Positions 51,499-62,491 of a DNA stretch of 64,000 bases are shown piece after piece (within the stretch, counting starts at the first letter, position 1; every line of letters begins with the position of its first letter). The position numbers were made by a program, and so were the translations under genes. This stretch comes from Microbotryum violaceum (lineage: Eukaryota). Below the pieces are notes generated by a model. That model worked only from the letters and a program-made list of their open reading frames with translations, was not told where the DNA came from and did no database searches. The DNA lies in assembly GCA_001244265.2 (NCBI GenBank), contig CDLV01000012.1, forward strand, positions 1,364,001 to 1,428,000, read 5' to 3'.

Positions 51499-52661
51499 CG
51501 TCGAGCGGGTGCGTTCGACGGTGTAGCGACGCAGGGAAGGACGACGACCCCGTGCTGTAGTGCTGGGCCAGCGCGACGCACTCGACACAATCCTCGACTT
51601 AGCGCGCGCGCGGCTCGTTCGAAAGCGCGCCGAGTTTGCGCAAGAGCCCATTGCAGTGGCACGGACTCGGACGAGTCGGAGTCGCCGCCGCTCAATTGGT
51701 GGAAACATTTGCTCCTCGATAATCTTCATTGGGCTCATCGCCAAGTCCAGCAACGCCCTCACTTGCTCATGCGCGCCCTCGACCGCCAGTGTCGACTAGG
51801 GGCCGAGTGACTCCGAGTCAGCGCGAACTTTCACTGACGACTGGCCCTCATCCCATCCCACCCTCACACCAAGACGATATATTATTCAAAACAATCTGTT
51901 TATTTAATCAAAATGTTCTACTGTTCAGGTTGCAGGAGTATCTTGGTGAGTGCTGTGTCGTCTTACGTCACGCCGAGCGCACCCTTATCACGTGACACTC
52001 GCTCCTCCACCCCCACCCCACACGCCGGCCGGATTGGCAGCCTATCACCACGAGCCTACCCTGCGCCACACCCCACTCGAACCACCTTTGTACCATTCCT
52101 GACCGACGATTTGATGAAGCGTGGTTTTGACCTCCATTACCTGGTGGGGGATTGTGCACTCATCGCGACCTTACCTCGCCGGGTGTTCACACCCCCACAT
52201 TCGCAATGACACCTGAGTCGTGCGGCCCTCGGCGACGATTGATGGGTATTGCAGCATACTCTTGGTACTGCGACTGTCGTTGAACCGTTAGTAGACCATG
52301 ACCAATCATTCTCGTGACTGAGGCTTTTGACAGACCTCGATGGATGACTTCGATCACCTCAACATCGTCGGTGAAATTTGTGAGAAAAGCGTCCCACTTG
52401 GTCTCAGCAAATGCAAGACGGACAACGGTCAGCTCCCTATGACGCACACCATTTCGCGTCTCTGATGATCTCCAGCTCGGCTCGATCGGTGCACTGACAC
52501 AGTCGTTCGCCAAGGTATCACTCCTACGACTTTTCGAGCGTCCAAGCTCAAACGCTGAGGCACGCTCGGAGAGCCTTGATGAGAGGTGCTGAAGTTATAG
52601 GGATTCATTAATCACTAACAACATATTTTTTTCGTTGCAAAGTATAGTACGAAGAAAAACC

Positions 52662-54266
52662 ATCATTTTTTCACGTGTTGCGAGCGACTGGCGTCGGAGA
52701 ATCACGGTTCCGCCGCGCCTAGAATGCTTGTCCCGATTCATTTCGGGGTCACGCCACATGCTGAGGCAACAACTGGTGATGGCACCCTGTCTCCCCTCGT
52801 CAGGGTCGCGTTCGACATGGCGCAAAAAGCGCTCGAGCAACCGGCACGCTTATTTGTGCCGGGTCTTGCCGTTACGGGGACCACGGCTCACCTCGTCGTG
52901 ATCGATCATGAGGTGTGCCGGATCGCGACCATCTCGGTCGGACTGCTGGGGTGAGGGCTTCGGTGAGCTTGCGGTGATTGTTGCGCTTCTGTCAGGGCTG
53001 GATGTCTACTCCGCAGGACGGTGCCCTTTCTTTCGCTACGAGTGTGCTCGTAACATCGGTTTCAAGGCAGTATCACTCATCACATGGTACCTTCGAACTC
53101 CCGAGCTCGAAGACGATGTCCCTCTCGTCGCTCGCACGGTCGAGTTCATTGACGAGAAACCCGTCGAGCTCCTCAGCTGCGCAGTCGCGCGCGGCGGATC
53201 AAACTTCAGTCGCAGCACCGCTGTGTTTCAGCTGACCCGTCCAAGTCTGATGGGGCCCAATACGTCTTCTATATCCGATCCACCGCACTCCTTTGTACTC
53301 AAAATTCAACACACCAGACACGGGTGCGTCAGGCACGAGGCTAATGTGCTACAAATGATCGAAGAGCGTTGTGTATCCGCTGCGTCGCAGGAAGTGTCGG
53401 CTTTGATCTTTAGCCACATCAACCGTCTCGAACATGCCAAGTCGTTCGATCTTCATTGCTCGCAAATGAACGACAGCGACTTTTCGCTGGTGGAAGGAAG
53501 GGATTCTCATCGACGAGTACGACGGCGCAAACTGGCCCTGCTCATCCTACGCAATCCCACTCCGCTGCCCACGCTGGTTAATTGCGGTCAAGATCGTTCC
53601 CGCCCGGTGGAGGACGCTTACCAAGTTTTCGACCAGCTGCTCACGCTTTTACCGCTTCTCTACGATCTCGGCATCCACCATCGCGACTTGTCGCCAGGCG
53701 ACATCCTGCAGTATCGAGGACACCTTGTTCTGGTCGATTGGGATACTGGAATCGTCGCGCCCCTGGGGGAACCTGTCCCGATAGGTGCAACCAATGGTAC
53801 CGGGTCGGTCAGGGTCAACCTCGCTACGACTCCTTTCGATGTGCTTGCCTGGTTCCGCATGGAAGGTCAGACCAAACTACCAACGCACATACTGGCGAAC
53901 GATCTAGAATCCGCGACCTACTGGTTTGTGACCGTTCTGCGCTCGTTCCGGGTGCAGTCGTGGGAAACTGCCGCTTGGAGGGCATGGAAGGCGTTGGATT
54001 TACCACCGGGCAACCCAACGTTCGTGAGAGCTCTTGTGCATGCGCGTTTGGAACTGTGGGGCAACAGCGGTGAGAGCTAGTGCCGGCGCATTGCACTCCT
54101 CGAAGCTTTGCGAGATCTCTGTCCGGCGGAAGGCCCGGTGGTCGACATGTTCACGCGTAACTTCCCCGCTTGGCGCGAAGTACCGAACGTTCATCAACTC
54201 ACCAAAGAAAGGATAGCAACAATGCAGGCCAAGATGAGAGACATTCTCGCATTGCGGAACGAGTAG
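52662..54266 (+). pseudogene. FunK1 kinase pseudogene, copy C (5'-truncated)
   Basis: Near-identical to copy B. A 4-bp TCGG duplication near 52935 shifts the frame, and the TAG at 54078 is shared with copy B. Confidence 0.88.
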
Positions 54267-54745
54267 TTGTACCCTTTCGTTCTTCTCTGTTCTTGCTGAT
54301 GTATCAAGTTCTCTCCTTCATTGTTGGCATCCATCTTGCACCTTTGAAAAACTTTCAGTCTTTAGTGAAGAAGCTTTGCTCCCAAATCTCGGCATCTCTC
54401 ATCAATGGCCTACATGTCACCATAACAATAATCCTTACAAGCCTAGACACACTTCCGTTTACTCCGAACCAGTCCCTTCCATCTCACCCAACTCCCAACT
54501 CCCTCGTTTTCAACTTCTTTCCATCGCCCTTCCCCAATTTTCACCCTTCCCTCGCTTTCCAAATCGTATCGACCTGCGCATTCTTCGTCCACAACTCGTC
54601 GTTCCAAAGCATAGAACCCGTACCTCGTCGTGTTCCTCTTCCGTCTGGTTCGTATGACATACAGGAGTTTAATGAGTAATTTTGCACGGAAGTTTCCTCC
54701 GCCCAGCTGGCACCACCACCTGAAATGGGAAATGCTCACAGGCCA
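52662..54745 (+). repeat. ~2.1-kb direct segmental duplication, copy 2 (kinase body plus F-box 3' end)
   Basis: Aligns with 45653-47735 and ends exactly where the TIR element begins. Confidence 0.93.
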
Positions 54746-54893
54746 CATCAGCAAAATGGGCACACGCGCTTAAGCTCGAGGACGTCTTGTTAAGCGCGCT
54801 TAAGCGCCTCTAAGCGGTGCGTGCCTTTAACCCGGCGTTATCTACGGATCGCATAATGGTGCTTAGTGGCCGCTTAAGAATGCGCGCGTTATG

Positions 54894-55203
54894 CTTTGCA
54901 CAGAGTCTTGCCAATAGTAAGGCCGTTGGCAACCAGGGTGTCGAGATCGGCGGCTTTGGGAAAGCGGAGGCCGTGCTGACCCTTGATGACACATGACATT
55001 GCGCCGGTAAGGGCAGGGTAGTGTTTGTCAAGCGCGAGGAGGACTTGCTCGACCGAGGTTGAGGGTGGGGTGTTGATGATGACACAATTCTCGATGTTGT
55101 GCATCAGTGGATGGGCGGCGACGGCAGTCGAGACGTTGGCGGTGGCGTTTCCGTGCTTCGCAGCGGAGCGGGCGCCGACCGCGGCGGAGTATGATTTGGT
55201 GGT
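54894..55203 (-). mobile_element. Non-LTR retrotransposon ORF1 fragment (inverted copy)
   Basis: 310-bp reverse complement of 55395-55704 with about 8 mismatches by eye. Confidence 0.7.
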
Positions 55204-55292
55204 AGCTTGGTGGTGGTGGTTTTTCGGAGTGACGTGATTTAAAATCACTGCGCACTCTTAATTCCTTTGTCCACTACCACTCTCCGGCAGAC

Positions 55293-55999
55293 ATGGACAA
55301 CAACAACAACAACATCAACAACGCCAGCCCTGCTGCTGCTATACCACCTCTTCGCCCTGACCCTCCCGATCCTCCCGGCCAAGCCCCCGCCACCACCACC
55401 AAATCATACTCCGCCGCGGTCGGCGCCCGCTCCGCTGCGAAGCACGGAAACGCCACCGCCAACGTCTCGACTGCCGTCGCCGCCCATCCACTGATGCACA
55501 ACATCGAGAATTGTGTCATCATCAACACCCCACCCTCAACCTCGGTCGAGTAAGTCCTCCTCGCGCTTGACAAATACTACCCTGGCCTTACCGGCGCAAT
55601 GCCATGCGTCATCAAGGGTCAGCGCGGCCTCCGCTTTCCCAAGGCCGCCGATCTCGACACCCTGGTGGCCAACGGCCTTACTATTGGCAAGACTCTGTGC
55701 AAAGTCGAGAAGCTGTACAGCTCTACTAAAGGAGGTGTTGTACAATGCACCCTTACGGGCTTTTTCTCCGACTCAGGGCCTCCGCCTGTTCGATGAGCAG
55801 ATCGCTGCCTATGGCACGGTCCTCCGCCGTAGTATCCAATACATTGGAAAGACGAAACATATCTCTGGGGTGTACGACTTTATCCTTGCCCTTAAGGATG
55901 TAGATGTTTTTCCCCCTGCCTCACTTTCTATTGCTCGTGACGGTGTTACTGAGCGAATCCCACTGAGGATCACCGGTGGCATGCGCCACTGCGTCTTCC
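55293..55999 (+). mobile_element. Non-LTR retrotransposon (L1/Tx1-like) ORF1 5' fragment, inactivated
   Basis: PPDPP, KSYSAAV, an RRM-like AAYGTV region, and an end at the zinc-knuckle start RHCVF. TAA at 55551 and a frameshift near 55778. Confidence 0.65.
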
Positions 56000-56525
56000 G
56001 CCCTGCGAAGCGTTAATCGACGGCCTCGCGCGTGCCCATTTTGCTGATGCACTAGTATGACGGTGGATGCGCTGGGATGTGACGGAATGGTCCCTGAGAT
56101 GGTCAGGTGATATATGTGGAGCCAAGAGGAGCCACTTCGATAGCCCAGGTTGCCGGTTGAGTCCGCATGGCCGGTTGCTAGAGGCGATAGGACTTGCTTG
56201 GAGACGACCAACAGGCGAGCTGAGCGAGACCACGCGAAAGCGCGAGCTCGATTCTGCCTGTTTCTGCGTCAAGTATTCTGGTTTTTCGCCAAGTGACTGC
56301 TCTCTCGCTGACGAGTGACATGAGTTAAACGTATGGCTCCACATATACATATCATAACACCAACAGCAGGGTGTGGGAAATACCAAATTGTCACAACAGT
56401 GCGAGTGTGGGGTGTATTGAGGAGTCTACAATTCTACCAGCTGTCTATGATATGTTATAATACGTGCATAATCCGAGAGACGATGAAAGGAAAGGTAAGA
56501 ACACAACCAATCACCTGCACTCCCC

Positions 56526-59500
56526 CTATCTTTGCCCAGCCGCTGCAGCCGCCGCTCTCGCCGCGGCCTCGGCCTCCTCCCTCTTCTTCTTACTGGACCC
56601 ACTCGGCGCCACACCCCCCAACAACTTCTTCTTGTCATTGGCTGAATAATTGATAAACATCGGGGCCAAGCCGCCCGACTTCTTGGTTCGCACCGTAGGC
56701 ACTGCTGGAGAGGACATTGAGCTTGTCAAAGGCGGTCGAACGGGGGATGGTGGGGGTAAGGGAACCGTGGACTTGGGTGGGGAGATGCGGGCTCTCTTAG
56801 TCGGTGATTTGGGTGGAGAGATGGGGGAGTCGGGTTGTACAAATGTATCGCTCGAATCCACCATGGGCCGGGGCATCGAAGAAGGGTGGTGGTGGGTCGG
56901 GTAGAACGACGACGACGACGAGCCTGCAACTGAAGAAGCAGAGGTAGCTGCGTACCCATAGCTGTACTGCTCCTGCATCGTGTAAGGCGCTCTTTGGGTC
57001 TGGTATTCCGGTGCCTGGTGTTGCTTTTGTTGTTCGGAATATGGGTACGACATCCGATTCGGGTGCTGAGTCGCGGTGTAATATGTCGGATGCGCAGAAA
57101 GACCATCGCTGGACCGACGGCGTCGAACAGGAGACGACAAGCTATCCGAATCGACGGACTCGCGTCGTTGGTACGTTGGCATTGCCGATACTTGGTAACG
57201 AGGTGTCGTCGGTGTAGGTGGCCCGCCGGTGGTGTTGGTCGCGCTGTCGTACTGGTACGCCGCGCCATGGGACCAGCCCATCTGGTGCGAGCCCATCGGC
57301 GCGGTGTACTGCGCAGGCCGAGACGCATACGACACCTGTTGCGACGGATGAGGCCCGCCATACTGCCCCGGCTGAGGACCGGGTTTGAAGGTGGTCTGCC
57401 ACGCCGGTGCAGAAGCAGGGTAAGGTTTAGAACTGTCGTTGAACTGATTGTGGAATTCGGCGTCATCGAGTAAAGCGAGATCCCCTTCGTTTAAAGTCAC
57501 GCCCGAGATCTCGAAGCTCGCAATGCCGAAATTCGCTGGAGATGACAGGCTATTCTGCATCCTCGACGGGATCGAAAGGTGTGGTGCACCTCGCGGTGAG
57601 CGAAGGGGAACGATGGGTCGACCCGGGGAGGACGACATCGCCTCCTGCATCGACTGGGAAGCGCCGCCTCCTTCGGGCCCGAGAAAGTTGTCGAGCTGCC
57701 CGAGCAATTGTTCCATATCGCGCTGCGAGGCCGCCTGTTGGGTCGGAGTCATCGGTCGAGTAGAACCGGCCTCGGGGCACGAGGGGTATGGGCTGCTCGG
57801 CGACGCCAGTCCCCCGGGAAGCGGGTGTGCTCGATTGGGCTGCTGCTGCAGGTAATTGGGCGGGACTTCGATGCTCAGGCGCGAAGCCTGGCGCCTCACC
57901 TTGGGGCTCGTCTCGATCTTGATAGGTGCTGGACGATGCGAAGAGCGTCTTCCGAACAGCGAGGTTTTAACGGATTGAGCTTCACCATTTGACGACGAAG
58001 CGCGCAACAAGGGCGACGACTCCACCAGCACCAGGTCGGCATGGGTCTGCGAAAGCAGTGGGGGTGCCGAGGCATATGACGTAGCCGAACTGGGACTGGC
58101 CGACGAGGCATTCGAATCATGCGAGGCAGACCTATACAGTGCGTCTAAAAGTCGCGAGGTGGGTTGGGGACGAGCGCAGGTGAAACAGGATGTGGAGTCC
58201 GGGGCGAAAGGAAGGGACAAAGGAGGGGGATTAGCTCGGCTCGAGCTCCTGACTTCAAATCGACCTGGCGCGCGCGCAGCGTTGGTACCCGGCGACCGAG
58301 ACGTGGGCAAGTGAATGCTCAAGTCCTCTTCAACCTCGATGCATCGAGCATGGAAACATGGAAACATGGAAACACTACTCGTCGAGAGGTCGAATCGCGG
58401 TGGGGTGTCCTCGGGGGAGCCCCTCCGCGAGAATTCTGGTGGCACCAAAGGATCCCCACGAGCGCGCGCAATAAAGGCGCCGTGACTTACCCATTTGGGA
58501 AGGCGCGACGAACAACGACGGCCTTGGAGGCGTTGACGAAGTGGACATTAAACCCGACGCGAGCACGTCGTGGCTTTGAGAGTGGTGCTGACACTGCTGT
58601 TGGGGTAGCGATGGTGGTAACTGCTGTTGCAAGTAAACGTCTTGCATCTCCACGAACGCACTGCTGACATGAACTGAGGTCGGGCGGGTCGAGGAGCGCG
58701 GAGGAGGCAGAGGGGCACAACGTGACCTCCCTGCGAGCGGAGAGCCGAGCGGTCCAACGCTGCTGACGCTGCTGTAGTTCCTGTTCGGCGTCAAAGTACC
58801 ACTGGGCAGCGAAATGCGCCTCCTGTTGATCACAGTCGGCGAAGGTGGGGGCGAATAGTCGTATAGCGTCGCCGAAGCCGCGGTCGGGGTCCCGGTCGAG
58901 GCCGACGAAGCGATCGATGCGGCAGGCGAGAGCTCCGGGGTTCCTTCCGTCGAGGAAGCGGAGCCCGGATCAAAGAACGACGGCGACGACCAGTGCTGCT
59001 GCTTTCTTTGTTGCTGGAGGTATTGTCCCGGTTCAATGTATGAAGATCGACGAAGATGGGACTGCGGATGCAATGAATGCTCGGGAACGCGAAAAGAGGC
59101 AGAGCGAGGCAGAGATGCCGAAGGAAATGCCGCCGTCAACGACGACGATGAGGATGGCCATGGCCCCGGGGCGAGATTGCACTCGCAATTTAGGCGGTCC
59201 AGATCGAGCCCGCGCGCACCATGCGTAGGGTGCAGAGCCTGACCCTCCTGTGCCGCGTCACGAGGAGCCGCGCGTCGAGCAACCGTAAAGCCTGTTGTCT
59301 CGCTAGAGCAAAAGGACAGGCCGTCGCCTTCGCCGCCGCGGCGCATCGCAGGCTCGATCAAGTCTTGCCAGTCGGCTGGCGCCGCCCGTTCCATCGCCGA
59401 GCCTGAAGTCGAGCTTGCGAAACTAACAGATCTGGGCGTCGTCTCCCACAGCTCGTCGGGACGAGGGTGTGTTAAGAGTGGCTCTGAATCGGTAGCAGAT

Positions 59501-59898
59501 AATACTGAGAGATCGTTGGTGCTCTCTGTTACATAGGAGGGATGCCAGTCGAGCATTTCGGACTCCGCGTCGACGTCGACCCCGTTGGCGAACCGTGGAA
59601 CGCGTCCGAATCGAATCGACCCCCGCGCCGGAGCAGTCGAGGCCGGCGCTGGGGCAGCCTTTGAGGTGGAACCGAGCAATGCCGCCGGGGCCATCTCGAG
59701 CACCGAAATCTGCTCTGCCGCCGTGACGGCGTTGGAGTTCAAGTTCAGATCGATGTCGTCACCCGACATGGGCAGAAGGTACGCATCGAGGCTCGCAAGG
59801 AAAATCGCGTCGTCGTCGGCAGTCGCGTCGTCGTCGGCGGGAGGGGGTTGAGTGATCCAGGTCTGGGTCCCGTCGGTAGCAGAATCAGAATCGCACAT
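56526..59898 (-). CDS. WetA/ESC1-domain developmental regulator-like protein, 2 exons
   Basis: C-terminal FINYSANDKKKLLGGVAPSGSSKKKREEAE matches the WetA/ESC1 motif (FVNFT..D..ILxGVAPSGSSK). Intron 58490-58145 joins the two long ORFs in frame. Start codon uncertain. Confidence 0.75.
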
Positions 59899-61029
59899 GG
59901 GCCCGGGAGGGGGGGGGGGGGGGGGTTGAGGATATTGGCCGGATTGGAAGTTCCTCGGCGATAATGACGACAGTCGAATGATTCCGCAGGCTTAAAGGGC
60001 TGACAAAGCAAGTGGATACCTTATTAGTCAGCTTCAATCGTCGATGAAGGACGTACAACTCACAATGTGAGTGCTGATTTGGGTGTGGCCTGTTTGGGTC
60101 GACCAAGCGGGTGGTTGCTCGAAGCAGGAGGTAAATGAGCCTCCAAGTCGATCCGATGGGTAAGTGGTCGGCTCAAAAGTACTGCAACATAGAAGGTGCT
60201 TCTGTCCCACGCGAGAGGTGTGCACACAAAAAGGTGGGGCGACGGAACAAAGCATTTAAAGCTCGGGCCTGAGTAATCATCTGCTGCCCGGGCAAAAGAT
60301 AATCAGGATGGCCCGGGGCTCAGAGACCTTCCAAGTTTGGGAAGTCCGCCGCAGATGAGGGACAATCGAACTTGGTCGTCTGGAGCTTGCAATCTGGCAA
60401 CCTTGCAATCTCGGCAGAGCTCTATCCATGAAACACGATGCGCTTTTGTAAGTCACGATCTAGGAACACGAGGCACCCAATCTGGCCCACCTTGCTAAAT
60501 GTACCTACGACTACTGTTCCTCCTTGATTCTCGGCGCCAACGTCGCTTGGAGGGCACTCGAGGGACATCGGCTCGATCCGAAGATTCCACCTCCATTACA
60601 GTGCTCGTGTCTGTTTCCCAAAATCCCTCACACTATAATCATGGCAATGCTGCTGTAGCCGTTGCTTGAAAGGAAATTAAAGAACATCCTGAAACTTAGA
60701 CACTTTGGTGCTGAGCCCTCTCCAGCCCGTCCTTTTGGTGTTCCAAGCTGAATAGGGTTGGGCCTGAGCTCCGGGTCAGCTAATTCAGGGGCTGCCCAGC
60801 TCAAGAACGTTCCAAGCGCTTAGCGCTCCACTCGGAACGTGCATCGAGGCGTGCAGGCTGCCGTGACGAATCAAAAGTCGATCTACATTCTCCCTGGGGG
60901 TGGTTACTTATGTCGAAATACTGACTCTGCGAATCAAGCAAATATAGGTCCTGGACAGACGTTCGCTGGGCCCATCACCCATGTCTGCGATGGAGAACTT
61001 TTATTGATAGCGACGATTCTTTGCTCGAT

Positions 61030-61330
61030 GCAAAGCATGCGCGTGACATCACATCCTTCGCATAATCAATGACACAAAGACGTCCGTTTGTCATCGGCTG
61101 AACCCCATTATCCTATCCCCGAGTCCCTGCAGGATGGGCCTCTGTCCGCACGATCCAACGGAAGCAAGTTCCTCCGGATGAACAAGGGGATCAGCTCTGG
61201 GGAGTCGAGTCTGAGGGCCAGTTCCCCGAAAGCTGGGACCTCCGACTCGATCATGGAGATGCTATGATTATGACTTTTCACGATCGAAATTGCAAAGGGT
61301 TCAAATTTGAACCACTCGCAGCCCAATCTC
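61030..61330 (-). pseudogene. Possible highly degenerate protein kinase relic
   Basis: Fragments IESEVPAF..PELIPLF, ILQG and DN..GRLCVIDY resemble kinase subdomains but lie across several frames. Confidence 0.25.
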
Positions 61331-62243
61331 GAAACTCTCCTTTACTTCCCAGTTTCTTCTTCGAAAAGACAAGCGAAGTCGCGCATGGGCGCTCTCGGAC
61401 GAGGAGGGTCCGGCGATGAGCCGAGGTTTGGCCTGTTGTACCCCTGTTCTGAGTAAATGCCGTTGGGCTCTAGGGAATCTCACCACGCCGCGTCGTAAGA
61501 TCCTAGTATAATGCAAGGATAGAGGTATCTATTTACCTAGTTACGTTGGATGACGTTTCGAACATCATTTCCAAGCGAAAAGGTTGACGCGATAATGCAT
61601 ACCGCATATTCTCCGTGCTGCTCGCAGGATCGCAGGAGTCCACTGCTCCCCGCGCGGGCCGGTGGGCTGATCTCACTTGCAAAAGCGAACAGCTCATCTC
61701 GCAAAGGTTCATCCTAGGCAGCGATCCGGGCTGAAAGCACTATGCGACGTGTTGCTTTCAATCGTTGAAGCAGCACTATATTCTGGAAAATATGAATTAT
61801 TGCGTGCCCCTCGTCAAAAACACATTGTGCCCCCTTTACCCTGACTAGTAAAAAAAAAGTGTGAGTTAAGGAATGTACCTAAAATCGCTGTTTTTACCTA
61901 GGTTGCGGCCCTCCGGGCAGCCTGTGGTGGATGTACCAGCATACTGTTGTGTCTGCCGCACCTGCCTGTGGTGTCCATGTTCCGATCAGAAGTCATGTAC
62001 AAGCGCTGTGGTGACTTTTGTATTTTCCGCGCCGTTCCAACGAAGCTACAGCGCTCCCAGTATTTTCCTTCTTTTTTTGGCTCACATAAAACAATGCTTC
62101 CACTCATATTGCATTTAATGAACCGCAAGCGCGTGGCTTTGCATGATATTGCTTCTACAGCAGAGCTCTGCCTGACGTGCGAGGCGAGGGCTGGCGTTTG
62201 TCACGTGATGCGGTGCGCCGGCGGTGGAGTGTCATTCCGGCAG

Positions 62244-62382
62244 TCGACCAGCGGCATTAGGGGCTGAGCGCTGAACAACCAATTTGCCCGTATGGCATTC
62301 GACCAGCGGCATTAGGGGCTGAGCGCTGAACAACCAATTTGCCCGTATGGCATTCGACCAGCGGCATTAGGGGCTGAACAAC
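62244..62382 (+). repeat. 55-bp tandem repeat, about 2.5 copies
   Basis: Unit TCGACCAGCGGCATTAGGGGCTGAGCGCTGAACAACCAATTTGCCCGTATGGCAT starts at 62244, 62299 and 62354 (partial). Confidence 0.95.
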
Positions 62383-62491
62383 AAATCAAACCACGTAAAT
62401 AATCCTGCGCCACTCCCTCGAACCTTTCCTTTCTCCCTCCCACCCTCATCCAATTTTAGTGACACTCATTCAAGAACAAACCTTCGCTACT

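Larger units (their letters stand above)
54746..56049. mobile_element. Non-autonomous TIR-bounded element (1304 bp) with LINE-derived cargo
   Basis: Left end CATCAGCAAAATGGGCACACGCG and right end CGCGCGTGCCCATTTTGCTGATG match at 22/23 positions, with imperfect extension beyond. CA flanks both ends. No transposase ORF. Confidence 0.7.

Noticed and set aside
51900-52600. Minus-strand 108-aa ORF as a transposase, recombinase or kinase relic
   Set aside because: No motif I could assign with confidence; needs a homology search.
61800-61860. CTAG followed by T as a Helitron 3' terminus
   Set aside because: The upstream GTGCCCC copies are direct repeats, not the required hairpin, and the site lies 5' of the Helitron ORF.
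62244-62382. Tandem repeat as a possible CRISPR array
   Set aside because: No unique spacers, eukaryotic context and no cas genes.
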